DNA from: Octopus vulgaris
Lineage: Eukaryota
NCBI GenBank assembly: GCA_951406725.2
Contig: OX597832.1
Span: 59,892,001 to 59,956,000 of the forward strand
Length of the DNA: 64,000 bases
Reading direction: 5' to 3'
Positions 41,965-56,458 of the stretch are shown in pieces. The notes under the pieces were generated by a model. That model did not search any database and had not been told where the DNA came from. It was given only the letters and a program-made list of their open reading frames with translations. Made by a program: the position numbers and the translations under genes. Positions within the stretch are counted from its first letter, which is position 1, and each line of letters begins with the position of its first letter.

Positions 41965-42325
41965 AGCGAACGGTCTTCGTCCCAGAGCTCGCAAGATGGG
42001 AGAAGTCCGAAACGTGGTTCTTTGCTATTCGTAAGACCCGCAGAAGAGAAAGCAGGTCAACTTCCGACACAGAGAATATCGCCGGATGCATGAATGCGCA
42101 TCCAGACTCAGCGGTTGCGTAGGAAGTCGGGAGCAAGAAACAGGAAGAAAGAGTGAGAGAAAGTTGGGGCGAAAGAGTACAACAGGGGTTCGCCACCACC
42201 CCCTGCCGGAGCCTTGTGGAGCTTTAGGTGTTTTTTGCTCAATAAACACACACAACGCCCGGTCTGGGAATCGAAACCGCGATCCTCCGACCGCGAGTCC
42301 GCTGCCCTAACCACTGGGCCATTGT
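41965..42325 (-). mobile_element. SINE C (tRNA-Arg(TCG)-like head) with 3' module type 2
   Basis: AATGGCCCAGTGGTTAGGGCAGCGGACTCGCGGTCGGAGGATCGCGGTTTCGATTCCC, then CCCGACTTCCTACGCAACCGCTGAG...GGACTTCTCCCA. Confidence 0.9.
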
Positions 42326-42655
42326 ACTTCTGCTGTTGCTGCTGCTGCCGTTATTGCTGTTGTTGCTACTGCTTATCATGTTGTTGCTGCTGTTGTTGCT
42401 ACTGCTTATCATGTTGTTGCTGCTGTTGTCACTGCTGTTGCAGATCATTTCGGATTTAGGATTTATTTATTCCCAAGGGGAAAAAAATTAGAAAAGGGCT
42501 ACAGAGGTTCAACATTTGATAAATTTTAATCCAATCCGAAAACAGCAATCGAACGCCGTGGATTTTCTGCGTGATAGCAGTCTATAGACTGAGACAGAAA
42601 TCGATATCGCTCGTCAAAACTGGGGGGGGGGGGTGAAAGTGTCACAGTCTTACTA

Positions 42656-42916
42656 TAAATAAAATAAATGCGCTCTTTTAAAGCCTAGCCAGGCTCATGG
42701 GCCCGGTTTTCCAGTTTCAATGGCGTATGTGTTCCCTCGCTGGACGGGATGCCAGTCCATCGCAGCGTTACTCATTTTTGCCAGCTGAGTGGACTGTAGC
42801 AACGTGAAATGAAGTGTTTTGCTCAAGAACACAATGCGCAGCCCGGTCCAGGAATGGAAACCACAATCTTACGATCATGATGCTGACACCCTAACCACTA
42901 AGCCACGCGCCTCCTC
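42656..42916 (-). mobile_element. SINE D with TSD
   Basis: AGTCTTACTA at 42646-42655 and 42919-42928. Homologous to 19308-19572. Confidence 0.92.
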
Positions 42917-43239
42917 ATAGTCTTACTACGTACAGCGTAATTGTTACAATGAAATCAGGCTTTGCTTGTTACTATGGAAACAGATAATAATGTGGGATTT
43001 ACAGCCATATATATAATTGTGGCTTTCGATTGGCTAAAATTACACAAAATTTCCAAATTTTAGAAGGTATTAACATTTTGTTTGTTAATTTATGGTAAAA
43101 ATGATTTTCATTTTCATACTTAGCATATAAAACTAAATCGGTATAACTAAATTGAGAAAGGATTGGATGAAAATTGAAAAAATACGAAATATGTGACACC
43201 AACCGAAAAGATCTCTTGTTGCTGCTGTTGCTTGTTGAG

Positions 43240-43565
43240 CGAGAAGTGGGAGAAGTCCGAAACGTGGTCCTTTACTATTCGTAAGACCCGCAGAAGAGAA
43301 AGCAGGTCAACCCCCGACACCGAGAGCATCGACGGATAGATGAATGCGCATCCAGGCTCAGCGGTTGCGTAGGAAGTCGGGGAAAAGAAACAGGAAGAAA
43401 GTGTGAGAGAAAGTTGGGGCGAAAGAGTACAACAGAGGTCGTCACCACCTCCTGCCGGAGCCTCGTGGAGCTTTAGGTGTTTTCGCTCAATAAACACACA
43501 CAACGCCCGGTCTGGGAATCGAAACAGCGAGTCCGCTGCCCTAACCATTGGGCCATTGCGCCTCC
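43240..43565 (-). mobile_element. SINE C with 3' module type 2
   Basis: Colinear with 41995-42325. Confidence 0.9.
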
Positions 43566-44963
43566 TGCTGTAGTTGCTGATGTTGTTGTTGTTCTTGCTG
43601 TTGTGGTTGCTGATGTTGATGCTGCTGTTGGGATTATAAATCTCTGTTGTTTTGTTTTTCTTCTCATTGTTGTAGCACTTACTGTTGCAGTGTCCATGTT
43701 ATCGTTTAATCCAAGATCAGTATTGTTGTGACAGAGGTGTGAATATCAAAATACCATTCCAGCCGTGACCATCACAGTTTTTTATTAGATAATTCACCTC
43801 GGATTCCAGAGCACGTCTTATGTATGCAACACTCCCATCCGAGCACAGAGAAGCATTCTTAAAAATAATAATAAAAAAAACAATATCGTTATGTTTTATT
43901 CTTAATCTTAACTAAGAAAAAGCCACAGTTACAACATTTAAATCAACTGTAGGAGCAAGGATCCTTCCTTGGGTGATTAAAAGTCACAGATTAATTTAAT
44001 GAAAGAAGATATATGAAAACGAATCGTTAGTAGTTTTTATCAGTTATGGAAGCAAAAACAACCGCGTGGATTATGAAAACTATAAGATTCTTGCTGAAGA
44101 TATAAAACTAAAATGATCGATTAACATCATTAAATTGATTAACTACGTTAATTCTGTCATATTTCTTTCTCTTTAATTCATTTGCTTGATTCAGAAATAT
44201 ATTTTGTATTTCTATACAGGCAAATTCGTTTTTCAAATACTTGTCACCTCTGGCCTAATTAATTATATCTTTTGTAACATAAATTAGGTGGAGATATTTT
44301 ACATCAATCTGTATGTGATAGAATGAGCATCGCTCTCGGTAGTCACATTAATTCATAGTACTTCCATAAGTTCGATTGATAATTTAATTGCAAAGAAAAC
44401 GAAACGTTGTTATTGTACAAAATATCGAATTATTTTTAAAACGAAAAATGTTTTTTTTGTGAGACTTATTAAAATCTACGAATGTCTTAAAATACACGTT
44501 TCTAAAATTTTCTTTTCGTTTATACAACTAAAAATATTTCATCACAAAATGAAAAAAATATATAAATTTTGCCAGAATTTTTTTAAAGAGAACTTTGTAA
44601 TAATGCTTTTTCGTATGTTTTCGTTATTACGGCGTCATTTTGAAAATCCAGTATATGTATGTATATATGTATGTAAGCATGCATGCATGTATGCAGGTAT
44701 GCATGTATGTATGTGTGTGTGTGTGTGTGTGCGTGCGTGTACATTTATATATATCTTAATTTTTTCAGTCATTAGACTTCGGCCATGCTGGGGCACCACC
44801 CTGAGGAACAAAAGTCCCCCAATACGCAGTGTTTGTTTTAGCCTGGTACTTTATCAATTGGTCTCTCTTGTCGAACCACTAAGTTACGTCGACGTAAGCG
44901 CAGCAAGAATGATTGTCAAACGGTGGTGGGGAACAAACGCTGATGCACGCACACACACATACA

Positions 44964-45005
<42 letters not shown>

Positions 45006-45299
45006 AACTTATTCCCGTTCCTTCTATTATTTCTAGTCTATTACTGATAATTCGAAAACCATTTATACATATAATTCACTTTACCAGAGTATTGCATATG
45101 CTGGCGAAACTGCGAAGTCACTATCGGCTTATTACAAGGAATCCTTTAAATTGTTTTTCACGTATTAAACTTTTATGGAGATATATCTCGTTATGATATG
45201 TAATCAAACTCAACTACATTTAATACAAGGCACTATAAGACATACATTTATACATACATACATACATACATACATACATACATACACACACGCACACAA

Positions 45300-45364
<65 letters not shown>

Positions 45365-45441
45365 AGGACTGTTTGTTTTAAATTATCACACATGTAACTC
45401 TCTAGTTCTCTAATATTGAGGTCTCATTCTTTTCTTGTTAC

Positions 45442-45489
<48 letters not shown>

Positions 45490-45510
45490 GTGTGTGTGTG
45501 TGTGTGTGTG

Positions 45511-45583
<73 letters not shown>

Positions 45584-45879
45584 GTATATGTATAAATATA
45601 TATAGGGATAAAAATTAATGCCCTCGGCGTGTGAAGTATACTAAAACATATGTGTGCCTGTGTGTGTGTATATATGTGTGTGTGTGTCTGCGCGCGTGCG
45701 TTTTTGTGTGCGTGTGCGTGCGTGTATAATGCATGTATCTATTATATCTGAAAGACGATATTCACTTGCATATGTTTTATATAAAAAAATAAACATTTAC
45801 CCCCATCCCCGCCCCTCTTCTCTTTATGCCACAGTCTACGGGTGCATATACATTTATATAAATATATGTGTGCGTTTGT

Positions 45880-46228
45880 GTGTGCGTGCGTGTGTAGGTA
45901 TGTATGTATGTAAGTATGTAGGTGCGCGTGCAGGTATGTATGTATTCGTATGTGTATAAGTATGTATGGATGAAAGTATGTATGCATGCATGTACGTATA
46001 TGTGTGAGTATACGGGTGTATGCATGTATGTGTGCATTAATGTATGCGTGTGTGTGCTTGTATGTATGTATGCATGTATGTATGCATGTATGTATGCATG
46101 TATGCATGTATGTATGTATGTATGTATATATGCATGTATGTATGTATGTATATATGTATGCATGTATGCATGTATGCATGTATATATGTATGTATGCATC
46201 CATATATGCATGTATGCATGTATGTATG

Positions 46229-46262
<34 letters not shown>

Positions 46263-46356
46263 TGTATGCATGTATGTATGTATGTATGTATGTGTGTGTA
46301 TGTATGTATGTATGTATGTATGTATGTATGTATGTATGTATGTATGCATGTATGTA
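45880..46356. repeat. (TATG/CATG)n tetranucleotide tract
   Basis: Directly visible. Confidence 0.95.
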
Positions 46357-46733
46357 TGGTAGGGCTATGACTTTCACACTCTACTAAACCCGGTACTGTA
46401 ATTCGATGAATAATTTCATAAAAGTCAAGAAACTAACATTTATTTTTTATTATTTAAAAAAAAATCCTCGCCCCCAACTTAAGAAATCGATCACCACTTT
46501 TGACCTAAATCGTGCAAAATTCTAGGTTGGGGTTCATAACGCCTGCTCAAGTTTTTACCAAACTTGGTGTGCTGATTAAATGCAATGTAGAAATATTATA
46601 GCTAAAATTTCAGCTTTCTGGTTGAAGTACTCTTGGAGTTATGGGCTTTTTAAATTATAATCACTAGGTGGCACTTGATTCACACTTCAGTTTCCCCCCC
46701 CACACACACACACACACTTATATGTATATACTA

Positions 46734-46780
<47 letters not shown>

Positions 46781-47011
46781 GTATATACATATATATATAT
46801 ATAATGTATGTGTGTATGTATGTATATACATGTGTTATTTCTTTATTGGCTACAAGGGGCTAAACACAGAGGAGACACACAAGGCCAGACAAAGGGATTA
46901 AGTCGATTACATTGACCCCAGTGCGTAACTGGTACTTAATTTATCGACCCTTATACTGTATATACATGTGTGTGTGTTCGTGCATTGTGTTGTGGGTGTA
47001 CGTATATAGAC

Positions 47012-47062
<51 letters not shown>

Positions 47063-47063
47063 T

Positions 47064-47118
<55 letters not shown>

Positions 47119-47860
47119 TGAGAAACGTCCGATCAGTCTGTTTCTAAAATTTCGTAAGATCGAATACATTTCCTGAATGTACGACGCAATATGCTCCGGC
47201 CTTGAAACTGCCTCGCTCCAATGAAAACACATTCATCCGTGCAATTTAGCAAGAGTTATAATCAAGATCTGCAGTTTCCAGTTCATTGTTCGTATTTCTT
47301 AAGGCTGTACCGTATAATGAGAGGGAGATCTTGTTGCTGTTTCTAGGAAGTACAGCCAATGACTTAGAGCAGTCTTACAGGTACAAGTTTACTTCAGATG
47401 TATTTAGTTCCGTTCTTCTGTAGCATCCCGACCTCTTCATTGCTGCACTGCGCATGATCTCACAACAATCTCACAACTGAGAAGCATTCGGATTAATAAA
47501 TGTACCAATTACGCCACTAAAAAAACCGACGCTTAGACACACACAGACAATGAGAAAGCGAATGCATAAACACGTCCACAAATATACATTTTTACGTAAT
47601 CTGGTGATTACTGGATACAGAAACTGGTTTTTAGAATATCTTTAATGACAGCAACCGGTTTGCATAAAACAAATACATACACCTATGTATACTGCGTCAG
47701 AAGTATCACAGTTTGAGGCACGCAGCAACGGTCTTCTTTCACATATGCAAACACAAATGTTTGCATAAGCACAGAATATATGCGCACATACTAAAATTTA
47801 CGCTTTCGTATGTCTGTTTGTTGAATTGTTTCCTTGTGTGTGTGTGTGTTTGTATGCCCA

Positions 47861-47958
47861 CGGCCATATGGCGTAGTGCTTAAGAGTGCTGGCTACTAAC
47901 CCCAAAATTCCGAGTTCGATTCCAGGCAGTGACAATAATAATAATAATAATAATAATA
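47861..47958 (+). mobile_element. tRNA-like SINE head followed by (AAT)n (fifth family; not a functional tRNA)
   Basis: TGGCGTAGTGCTTAAG A-box and GAGTTCGATTCC B-box. No proper acceptor stem. AAT tail. Confidence 0.6.
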
Positions 47959-48013
47959 TCAAAATTACAAGAGTACCATTGTCATCTAGATGACAATGGT
48001 ACTCTTCTTTTAA

Positions 48014-48439
48014 AAGGGTGGCGAGCTGGCAGAAGCGTTAGCACGCCGGGTGGAATGCTTCGTGGTATTTCGCCTGCCGCTACGTTCTGAGTTCAAATTC
48101 CGCCGAAGTCAACTTTGCCTTTCATCCTTTCGGGGTCGATTAAATAAGTACCAGTTACGCGCTGGGGGTCGACATAATCGACTTAGTCCGTTTGTCTGTC
48201 CTTGTTTGTCCCTTCTGTATTTAGCCCCTTGTGGGTAGAAAAGAAATAGGTATTTCGTCTGCCGCTACGTTCTGAGTTCAAATTCCGCCGAGGTCAACTT
48301 TGCCTTTCATCCTTTCGGGGTCGATTAAATAAGTACCAGTTACGCGATGAGGGGGGTCGATATAATCGACTTAATCCGTTTGTCTGTACTTGTTTCTCTC
48401 CTCTGTGTGTAGCTCCTTGTGGGCAGTAAAGAAATAGGC
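48014..48439 (+). mobile_element. SINE A plus headless tandem unit inside one 13-bp TSD
   Basis: TSD ACTCTTCTTTTAA at 48001-48013 and 48440-48452. Junction GAAATAGGTATTTCGTCTG at ~48243-48261. Confidence 0.93.
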
Positions 48440-48743
48440 ACTCTTCTTTTAATTTTGAGTCTATATCTTCTGGATACTTCAATCCTTTCTATATTAACCA
48501 AAATGAAGTAGATTGACAAAATTATTTTCTGAACCTGTTGAAGACATACGAGATGTCGAAATATCGTTCACTAGATGATTATCTGGAAAAAAAATTTTCA
48601 GGAACCTATTTGTAATGTCGTGCTTCTTCCTGCAGTATTCATTTTTGCTGTAAGCAAAGGGGACGAAAGTTTTGTGGAGGGGGCCAGTCGGTTAGATCGA
48701 ATCCAGTATGCAACTGGCACTTTATTTATTGACCCCGACATAC

Positions 48744-48785
<42 letters not shown>

Positions 48786-48788
<3 letters not shown>

Positions 48789-49207
48789 CGCAGGAGTGGC
48801 TGTGTGGTAAGTAGCTTGCTTACCAACCACATGGTTCCGGGTTCAATCCTACTGCGTGGCACTTTGGGCAAGTGTCTTCTACTATAGCCTCGGGCCGATC
48901 AAAGCCTTGTGAGTGGATTTGGTAGACGGAAATTGAAAGAAATCCGTCGTATATATGTATATGTATGTATATATATGTGTGTATTTGTGTGTCTGTGTTT
49001 GTCCCCCCAACATCGCTTGACAACCGATGCTGGTGAGTTTATGTCCCCGTAAAGTCGGGGACATAAACTCGGCAAAGAGACCGATAGAATAAGTACTGGG
49101 CTGACAAAGAATAAGTCCTGGGGTCGATTTACTCGACTAAAGGCGGTGCTCCAGCATGGCCGCAGTCAAATGACTGAAACAAGTAAAAGAGTAAAAGAGT
49201 AAAAGAA
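48786..49207 (+). mobile_element. SINE B, full length
   Basis: AGGCGCAGGAGTGGCTGTGTGGTAAG head and (GTAAAAGA)n tail. Confidence 0.93.
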
Positions 49208-50494
49208 TATATATGTATATATATATCATATATATATATAATCATATAGAAGAGTAAAGGAAGGAAGTTGATAAGATCCGGGTTCTTTTAGTGCACGGAA
49301 ATAGAGGAAATGAAATTATATTTGTTGCTTAAGGATATCCCACTTCTCAACAAAATCTTTTACTCATTTACTTGTTTCAGTCATGTGACTGTGGCCATGC
49401 TGGAGCACCGCCTTTAATATCGAGAATTTTTTTTTTTTTTTTGGTGTTTGTAGCCCGGTTCTTATCTACTCCATTCCTTAACTCTTGTATTCTTATTCGC
49501 ATACCCGGCAACCCTGATCGCATACCATAAAATATCAAAAGAATTTTTCTTTCTTTTACAGTTTACCTTACTGCGATACGAAAAAACTCTACAACCTTCC
49601 GTCTCACTAAACCATCGCTGTCCCTGAAAGTTGTTTCTTTTTAATATTTACTACGGATTGCTTGAAGCTAACTGTCTTCCTACACCTCGATCCCGGATCT
49701 TATAAATACATGTGTGTGTGTGTGTGTGTGTGTACAGAGAGAGAGATAAATACATACATACATACATAAACATATATATGTTTTTATATATATACAAGAA
49801 TGCATATATATATATATATATATAAGCTTTTCAAACACACACACACATGCACATAATATTCACAGACACGATTTAACGTTCCTGGGAGTTTAATACTGAC
49901 AAAAATTGAAGCAAATTTCTTCTTTCCTTTTCTAGAACTCCATTCACGTATACATACAATCTTGCATAGTTACATCCTGTAAGTTCCCTACTTATATTTA
50001 GAAACCTTCATATAATTAAATTGACATATTTTTAACTATAATAATACTTGTCTATTTATGGATCACTATTTTTAAGTTGCTATTGCTCATCCGTCTATAC
50101 TCCGTTTGTTTCCGTTTAATTGCTGGTTGTTAGTATTTTGTTTTGCTTAGTTTTGTTTTGTTTTTTGTCTTTTTCTGCTGTAAACATCGGTGTTTATAAA
50201 AGTGTACTTCTCATATTGCCATTTTCATAGCAATTTTATCAGCAAGGCGGTTTTTAATGCCGAGGGTGAGCCAGGAAGTGTTAGGAAATATTTAGTTGGC
50301 AGACGTGTTTCTTACTATATAAATTTAATATTTTTTATCAGCGAAATTTTACGGTTGAATAAAATAGATGAAGGACATTGAAAACATACATGGGTGTTTA
50401 GGAAATAAACTCTGTTGCATTTTCGGTTGCAATAAGCAAGGAATAACCGTCTAACGAATAATGTTTCATTTTCTTTGGTAAACTTATAATATAG

Positions 50495-50722
50495 TGGCAC
50501 TCCGTCGGTTACAACGACGAGGGTTCCAGTTGATCCGATCAACGGAACAGCCTGCTCGTGAAATTAACGTGCTAGTGTACCCCTAACGTAGTCTTCGGGG
50601 AGATTTAGCGTGACACAGAGTGTGACAAGGCTGGCCCTTTGAAATACGCGTACAACAGAAACAGGAAGAGTGAGAGGAAGTTGTGGTGAAAGAGTACAGT
50701 AGGGTCCACCACCACCCCTTGC
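50495..50722 (-). mobile_element. SINE C, headless, 3' module type 1
   Basis: Matches 56460-56710. Confidence 0.85.
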
Positions 50723-50976
50723 TGTGAATAGGCGTAGTGAAGATTATTCTCTGAAAGCGGCGGATGTTGAGTGACCTGAGTCATGGACAGGCGAGTCAAC
50801 TAAGCCCAGATCCCATTCAGAAGTGATGGACATCGATGTATTGCCATATTTGCAGCTTGCCAACTTCACGTAGCCGAGCTGAATAAGTCAGGAATCATAA
50901 CGTCAGTACGCATATACACATAAACATGTGTATGTGCGTGTGTGCGTGTGTTTGTGTATGTATGTGGGGGCGTATG

Positions 50977-51051
<75 letters not shown>

Positions 51052-51229
51052 ATAGATAGAGAGATAGATATGTATACATATATAGGTATCCGTATATTCA
51101 TATACACAGAGTGAGAGAGAGAGAGAGAGAGAGAGAGTAAGTGAGTGAGTGAGTGAGTAAGCGAAAAAGAGTGGGAGTGAGAGTGTGGGAGAGAGAGTGT
51201 ATGTGTGTATGATTGTGTGAGTGTGTGTG

Positions 51230-51263
<34 letters not shown>

Positions 51264-51294
51264 ATCTGACAAACAGACACAGAAGGAGGTAGAA

Positions 51295-51313
51295 AGAAAG
51301 AAAGAAAGAAGGA

Positions 51314-51385
<72 letters not shown>

Positions 51386-51482
51386 AAGAAAAAAAGAAAG
51401 ATAAGAAAGAAAGAAAGAAAGAAAGAAAGAAGGAGAGAAAGAACGATAAGAAAGAAAGGAAGAAAAAAAAAAGAAAGAAAGT

Positions 51483-51542
<60 letters not shown>

Positions 51543-51545
51543 AGG
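51295..51545. repeat. (AAAG)n tract
   Basis: Directly visible. Confidence 0.97.
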
Positions 51546-52956
51546 AAATAGAAAGGATGAAGAATGTGCAGAATAATTAGACAGTGAAGCAGCACAGATC
51601 TGTCTGGCTTTTGGACAACTCGATGTTTTTTTCAGCTTGGGTATCTCTCACGGTTCATTCTAGCAATTTATTTTTGGTAAGAGGGCATGTCTGCTACCTG
51701 GCAAGCATTCCACCCGCCTACCCTCCGTCCCTTCCGCACCTTCCTTACCCACCTCCCCACTACCTATCTCCTTTACCACACCCACCCATCCACCCACCTA
51801 CATACTTACCTACCTACCTACCGGCCTCCCTACCTGCCAGACTAGCTGCTGCAGACTGGCTACAGGTTTGGCGGGTAGAAACTACGACAGTACCCTGATA
51901 ACGAGTTCTTATAAACAAACAATGAAGAAAGCCGTTTCTAAGAACGGTGACATAACATTCTCCCAATCTAATCATTCTTCTTTTATTATACAATTCTTCT
52001 TTCTTCTTCTTCGAGACTTCCTCTTCTTATTCTTTATACTGAACTGATGCTATTGTTGTTACTGCTGTTGCTGCTGTTGCTGTTGTTGTTACTGCTGTTG
52101 CTGCTGTTGTTGTTGTTGCTGCTGCTTCCTCCACCTCCTCCCCTTCTTGTTCTTCTACTTCTACTTCATTTTCTTCTCTTTATTCCTCACCATTTTTCTT
52201 CCTTCTTGTTTTTTGTCGTTCTTCTCTCGTTTTCTTTTCCATTATTTTTCTTCCTCTTTTTCTATATTTCTCCGTCATCATTTTCTTCTTCTTCTTCTTC
52301 TTCTTCTTCTTCTTCTTCTTCTTCTTCTTCTTCTTCTTCTTCTTCTTCTTCTTCTTCTTCTTTTTCTTCTCCTCCTGCTCTTTCTTCTCTCTCTTCGTCT
52401 TCCTCTTTTTCTTCCTCTCCTCACATGCGCAGGAGCTCAAAAACGCGCTCGTACACTACACATATACTAACAATCATACACACAAAACTGCAATCACGGA
52501 CAACACACAAACAAGCAAACGTGTGCACACACACAACACAAAAATACACAGTGACACACACACGAACGCATACATGGATAGACATACAAGCTAAAACATA
52601 TACACACGCACACATATACTCGTCCGTTCTCTAATGAGGGCGCGGTCCTGAGGTCCTGGCTATGTTTAGGCTGAGTTTTCGCTAGGAGAGACCTGCGTGA
52701 TTGCGAAACCGTATATTTGGAAGAAGGAACCAGTAAATTATATGGTCCCTTTTCTTATTTTTGTGTCTACTTCATGAATGTTGGGATCATCTCTGTTTTG
52801 GGTTCGCAATTTTCTTATACTTGAGAGTATCTCATATCCTTATAAAGCCACTATTCAAACATTATTCAGCTGGAGGGTCCTCTGAATGTCCTAACATGAT
52901 TGAATTTAGAATCGAGCTGTTAACAAAATGGGTCCTCTTCTTTGTACTACGATATG

Positions 52957-53335
52957 CGGAAACGCAATGGCCCAGTGGTCAGAGCAGCGGACTCGCGGTC
53001 GTAGGACCGCTGTTTCGATTCCCAGACCGGGCGTAGTGAGTGTTTATTGGGCGAAAACACCTAAAGCTCCATGAGGCTCCGGCAAGGGGTGGTGGCGAAC
53101 CCTACTGTACTCTTTCACCACAACTTTCTCTCACTCTTTTTTCCCGTTTCTATTGTACCTGTATTTCAAAGGGCCAGCCTTATCACACCCCATGTCTCGC
53201 TGAATCTCACCGCGAACTACATTAAGGGTACAGGTGTCAGTGGAGTGCTCAGTCACTTGAGCGTTTATTTCACGAGCAGGCTGTTCCGTTGATCGGATCA
53301 ACTGGAACATTCCTCGTCGTAACCGACAGAGTGTC
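52957..53335 (+). mobile_element. SINE C with 3' module type 1
   Basis: tRNA head, then TATTTCAAAGGGCCAGCCTT...GGAGTGCTCAG...GATCGGATCAACTGGAAC. Confidence 0.9.
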
Positions 53336-53748
53336 ACGACTAGGTTGTAGTCTTTGGCTCATCCTCGAAATGTACCTTCGTTGCCTTTTCTATAAGCCCC
53401 TACATGGTCATTGTTCTCATCAACTTCTTGATTAATCAAGATTTTTAAACGTGTCCCCTGCTTCTCTTCCAAGACACATCGTTTCTCTGTTGAGCTTCCT
53501 GTTAGTCACAAATTAGTTTTTTAATAACTTCTTCCCTCGAATGCTGCTCTCCATAACTCACGATCATTGTCTTGTTTTCATCTGCTCTGATATACAGTCC
53601 TTTAAGCTTTCTGTGAATGGGCACCTTTTGAATTTCTAAGCCCCTTCTTTCTTTCTTTTTAGTCCCTTACGCTACAATAGCCTTAAGACTTACTTGGGAC
53701 GAAATGGTATTAAAAACAAAAAAAAAGAATGATAGTTAAACTATACAA

Positions 53749-53998
53749 AGGCGCAGGAGTTGCTGTGTGGTAAAAAGCTTGCTTCCCAACTACATGGCTC
53801 TGAGTTCAGCCCCACCGTGTGGCACCTTGGGTAAGTGTTTTCTACTATAGCCTCGGGCCGACCAAAGCTTTGTGAGTGGATTTAGTCGGCGGAAACTGAA
53901 AGGAAGTACGTCGTATATACATTCATACATATATATGTGTGTGTGTTTGTGTGTGTGTGTGTATGTATGTTATATATATATATATGTATGTATATATG

Positions 53999-54031
<33 letters not shown>

Positions 54032-54300
54032 GTATGTTATGTATGTATATGTATACATACATATATATCTATGATGTGTGTCTTTGTGTTTGTTTGTCCC
54101 GCACCACTACTTGATAACAGGTGTTGGTGTCTTTACGTCCTTGTAGCATAGCGGTTCGGCAAAAGAGACCGATTGACTGAGTACAATGCTTTAAAAAAAA
54201 GTAAGTACTAGGGTCGATTTATTAGACTAAAAGCTCTTCAAAGCAGTGCCCCAGCATGGTCGCAGGCAAATGACTGAAACATATAAAAGAATAAAAAATA
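53749..54300 (+). mobile_element. SINE B
   Basis: Head, internal TA/TG tract and tail as in the other copies. Confidence 0.88.
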
Positions 54301-55684
54301 ATAAAAGAAACGTGATGGGCACCATTGGAAGAAAAGAAAAAGAAAATAGTAATCACGGATTTCTACTAATCTCCGTTAATTTCCACGCCGTTTGTCCTGT
54401 CATCGGTTTACTTCATGGTAAACGTGACTGAGTAATGATTCAAATGTTGAAAAGAGAGAGAGAGAAAGAGTACGGGTATGACTGGAGAAGATTAAATGTA
54501 ATCAATCTTATAGAGCGCATCTACAATTTAAATCATTCCAGACATAACCATCCCGCCTCGTTTAGGAGTTCTTAGAACTCCATCATTCATCAATTATATT
54601 TTTTTTTCATTTAAGACGACAGACATAATTTGGGGGAGATTTTATTCGGGGTGGTTTTCTAGCAAGTCGAGATACCGTATAAAAGTTTCGGTTTTGATAT
54701 CTCAATGGAGCTAAACCCGTCGTAGGATTCATTCGGTGATGGTTGACGCCTGTTGTTTCAAGCACCATTAATCTGGTGCCTGTCAGACTGTTCTTATAAT
54801 CGAATATGCAATGAAGTTGTCTCAAAAACCCACGACAACTTTAGAAGTTCTTGGAAATTCAAGAGCCAGACAAATATCTTTATATACGGTGTATTAACCA
54901 ATATCAACAAAACTCGGGTTCTTTACAATTTCTTAACAGTTTGTTACGAACAAACAGCTCTCTTGTATTTCATTCTGTGAATGAGTGAAATGATATTCTC
55001 TTTTTTACTCTGCTGACTATTTTCCGAGATTTTTAAGTGCTTCATGCATGACCCGTTTTTCGGGTATCTATTTTGGAACATTTTCTACATTCGGGTGGCC
55101 TATTTTTGTAAATCCTATTATATTTTTCAGACGTTTCCCAGAAGTCCAGTCTACTTGGTTTCCTTCATTAAAGAGATCTAATTTTCTTGGCATCCCCATA
55201 CAAGCAATATCTATCTCACACCAAATACCCTAACCCCACCCTAACCGCTTATCTATACTGTGGGAATACTGCTCTTAAAGCAAAAGAAAAGCTTTTCACA
55301 AATTACTAAAAGTAATTGTGACAATGTTTCTGGCTTCTGATTACTTCCCATTCATAGGTGGGAAAGACTACTCCAAATCTTCACCCCTGGATAAGCAGCT
55401 AGCCTCTTTGAAATTCATTTCCTTAGAAAAGTTCTGAGCAAGAACTATTGAGAATGCTTCACTGGAACGCAGCGAAGTAGTTTACTTTCTTCTTAGAACT
55501 ACAGACAAATTGTCGGAGTCGAAGAGGCACTGTCGCGACATGCAGTGTGTCTTGGACAATATCAAAACAGAACTATCGGAACCATTTCCTCTTCAGGTTT
55601 GACGACGGTTAATTTCTTCCAAAGACACAGACGGAGAATGCAAGAAAAGGAAGAAGTGAGCAGAAGAAATTAGCAGACGTTAGG

Positions 55685-55771
55685 AGAAGAAGAAGAAGAA
55701 GAAGAAGAAGAAGAAGAAGAAGAAGAAGAAGAAGAAGAAGAAGAAGAAGAAGAAGAAGAAGAAGAAGAAGA
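55685..55771. repeat. (AAG)n
   Basis: Directly visible. Confidence 0.98.
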
Positions 55772-56458
55772 TATTTAAACTGCTTCAATAATGGGCAAGT
55801 GCTCTGTCGACTGTCAAGGATATGTAAAAAGCCATTGTGGGACGATTTGAACTTAGAATCCAGAGAGCTGAAACGAATATGTCAACGGTTTTTCTCTCTG
55901 ACATTCCGACGATTCTCCCAAGTCATTGCCTTCCCAAAACAGATAAAAACCAACTAAACTATGAACTACTACCTTTCACTACTGTGTTCATTGGACAATT
56001 CTGCTTTTAATTCAAGAAGTGCAAACCAATACCAAATGCGTTACGCTATGCTTCTACATTATTTTTACATACACATACCCAGGCCTATTCCCCCATTCCT
56101 TTTAGGAGTGGGTAGCCACAACAAGACACACACTAAGCATTCCATTCATTTCCCAGCTCAAAAGGCGAGCCCCGTCTTATGTTCGGGCCAAGGCATAGCA
56201 TAGAATATCAGCAGCGGGGCCCGAGACCATATGCTGGTTCCGTACCCCTTTGAGTAACATCAAATCCACTCATCCGTCCACAAACACTCTCCTAGCTTTC
56301 CTATCATTTATAAACTCTTGCCTCTCTCACTCGAGCACCTCTAACCACCAAAGCTTTCCTCATTCCATCCAGCCGCACAAACCGAGGTCTGCCTCTGGTT
56401 CTGCTGCCTATCGTTTCAGCCTTCATCACCCTTCTTACCATTATTTTTAGTTTTACTA

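Noticed and set aside
42255-42325. tRNA-Arg(TCG)-like sequence (also at 52960, 56770 and 47861)
   Set aside because: These are SINE heads continuing into SINE bodies or tails, without an intact acceptor stem.
46440-46690. MITE-like AT-rich segment (AAATTTCAGCTTTCT...GGAGTTATG)
   Set aside because: Termini and TSD could not be defined.
55228-55247. CCCTAACCCCACCCTAACC telomere-like motif
   Set aside because: Only two units, which is too short to call an interstitial telomeric repeat.
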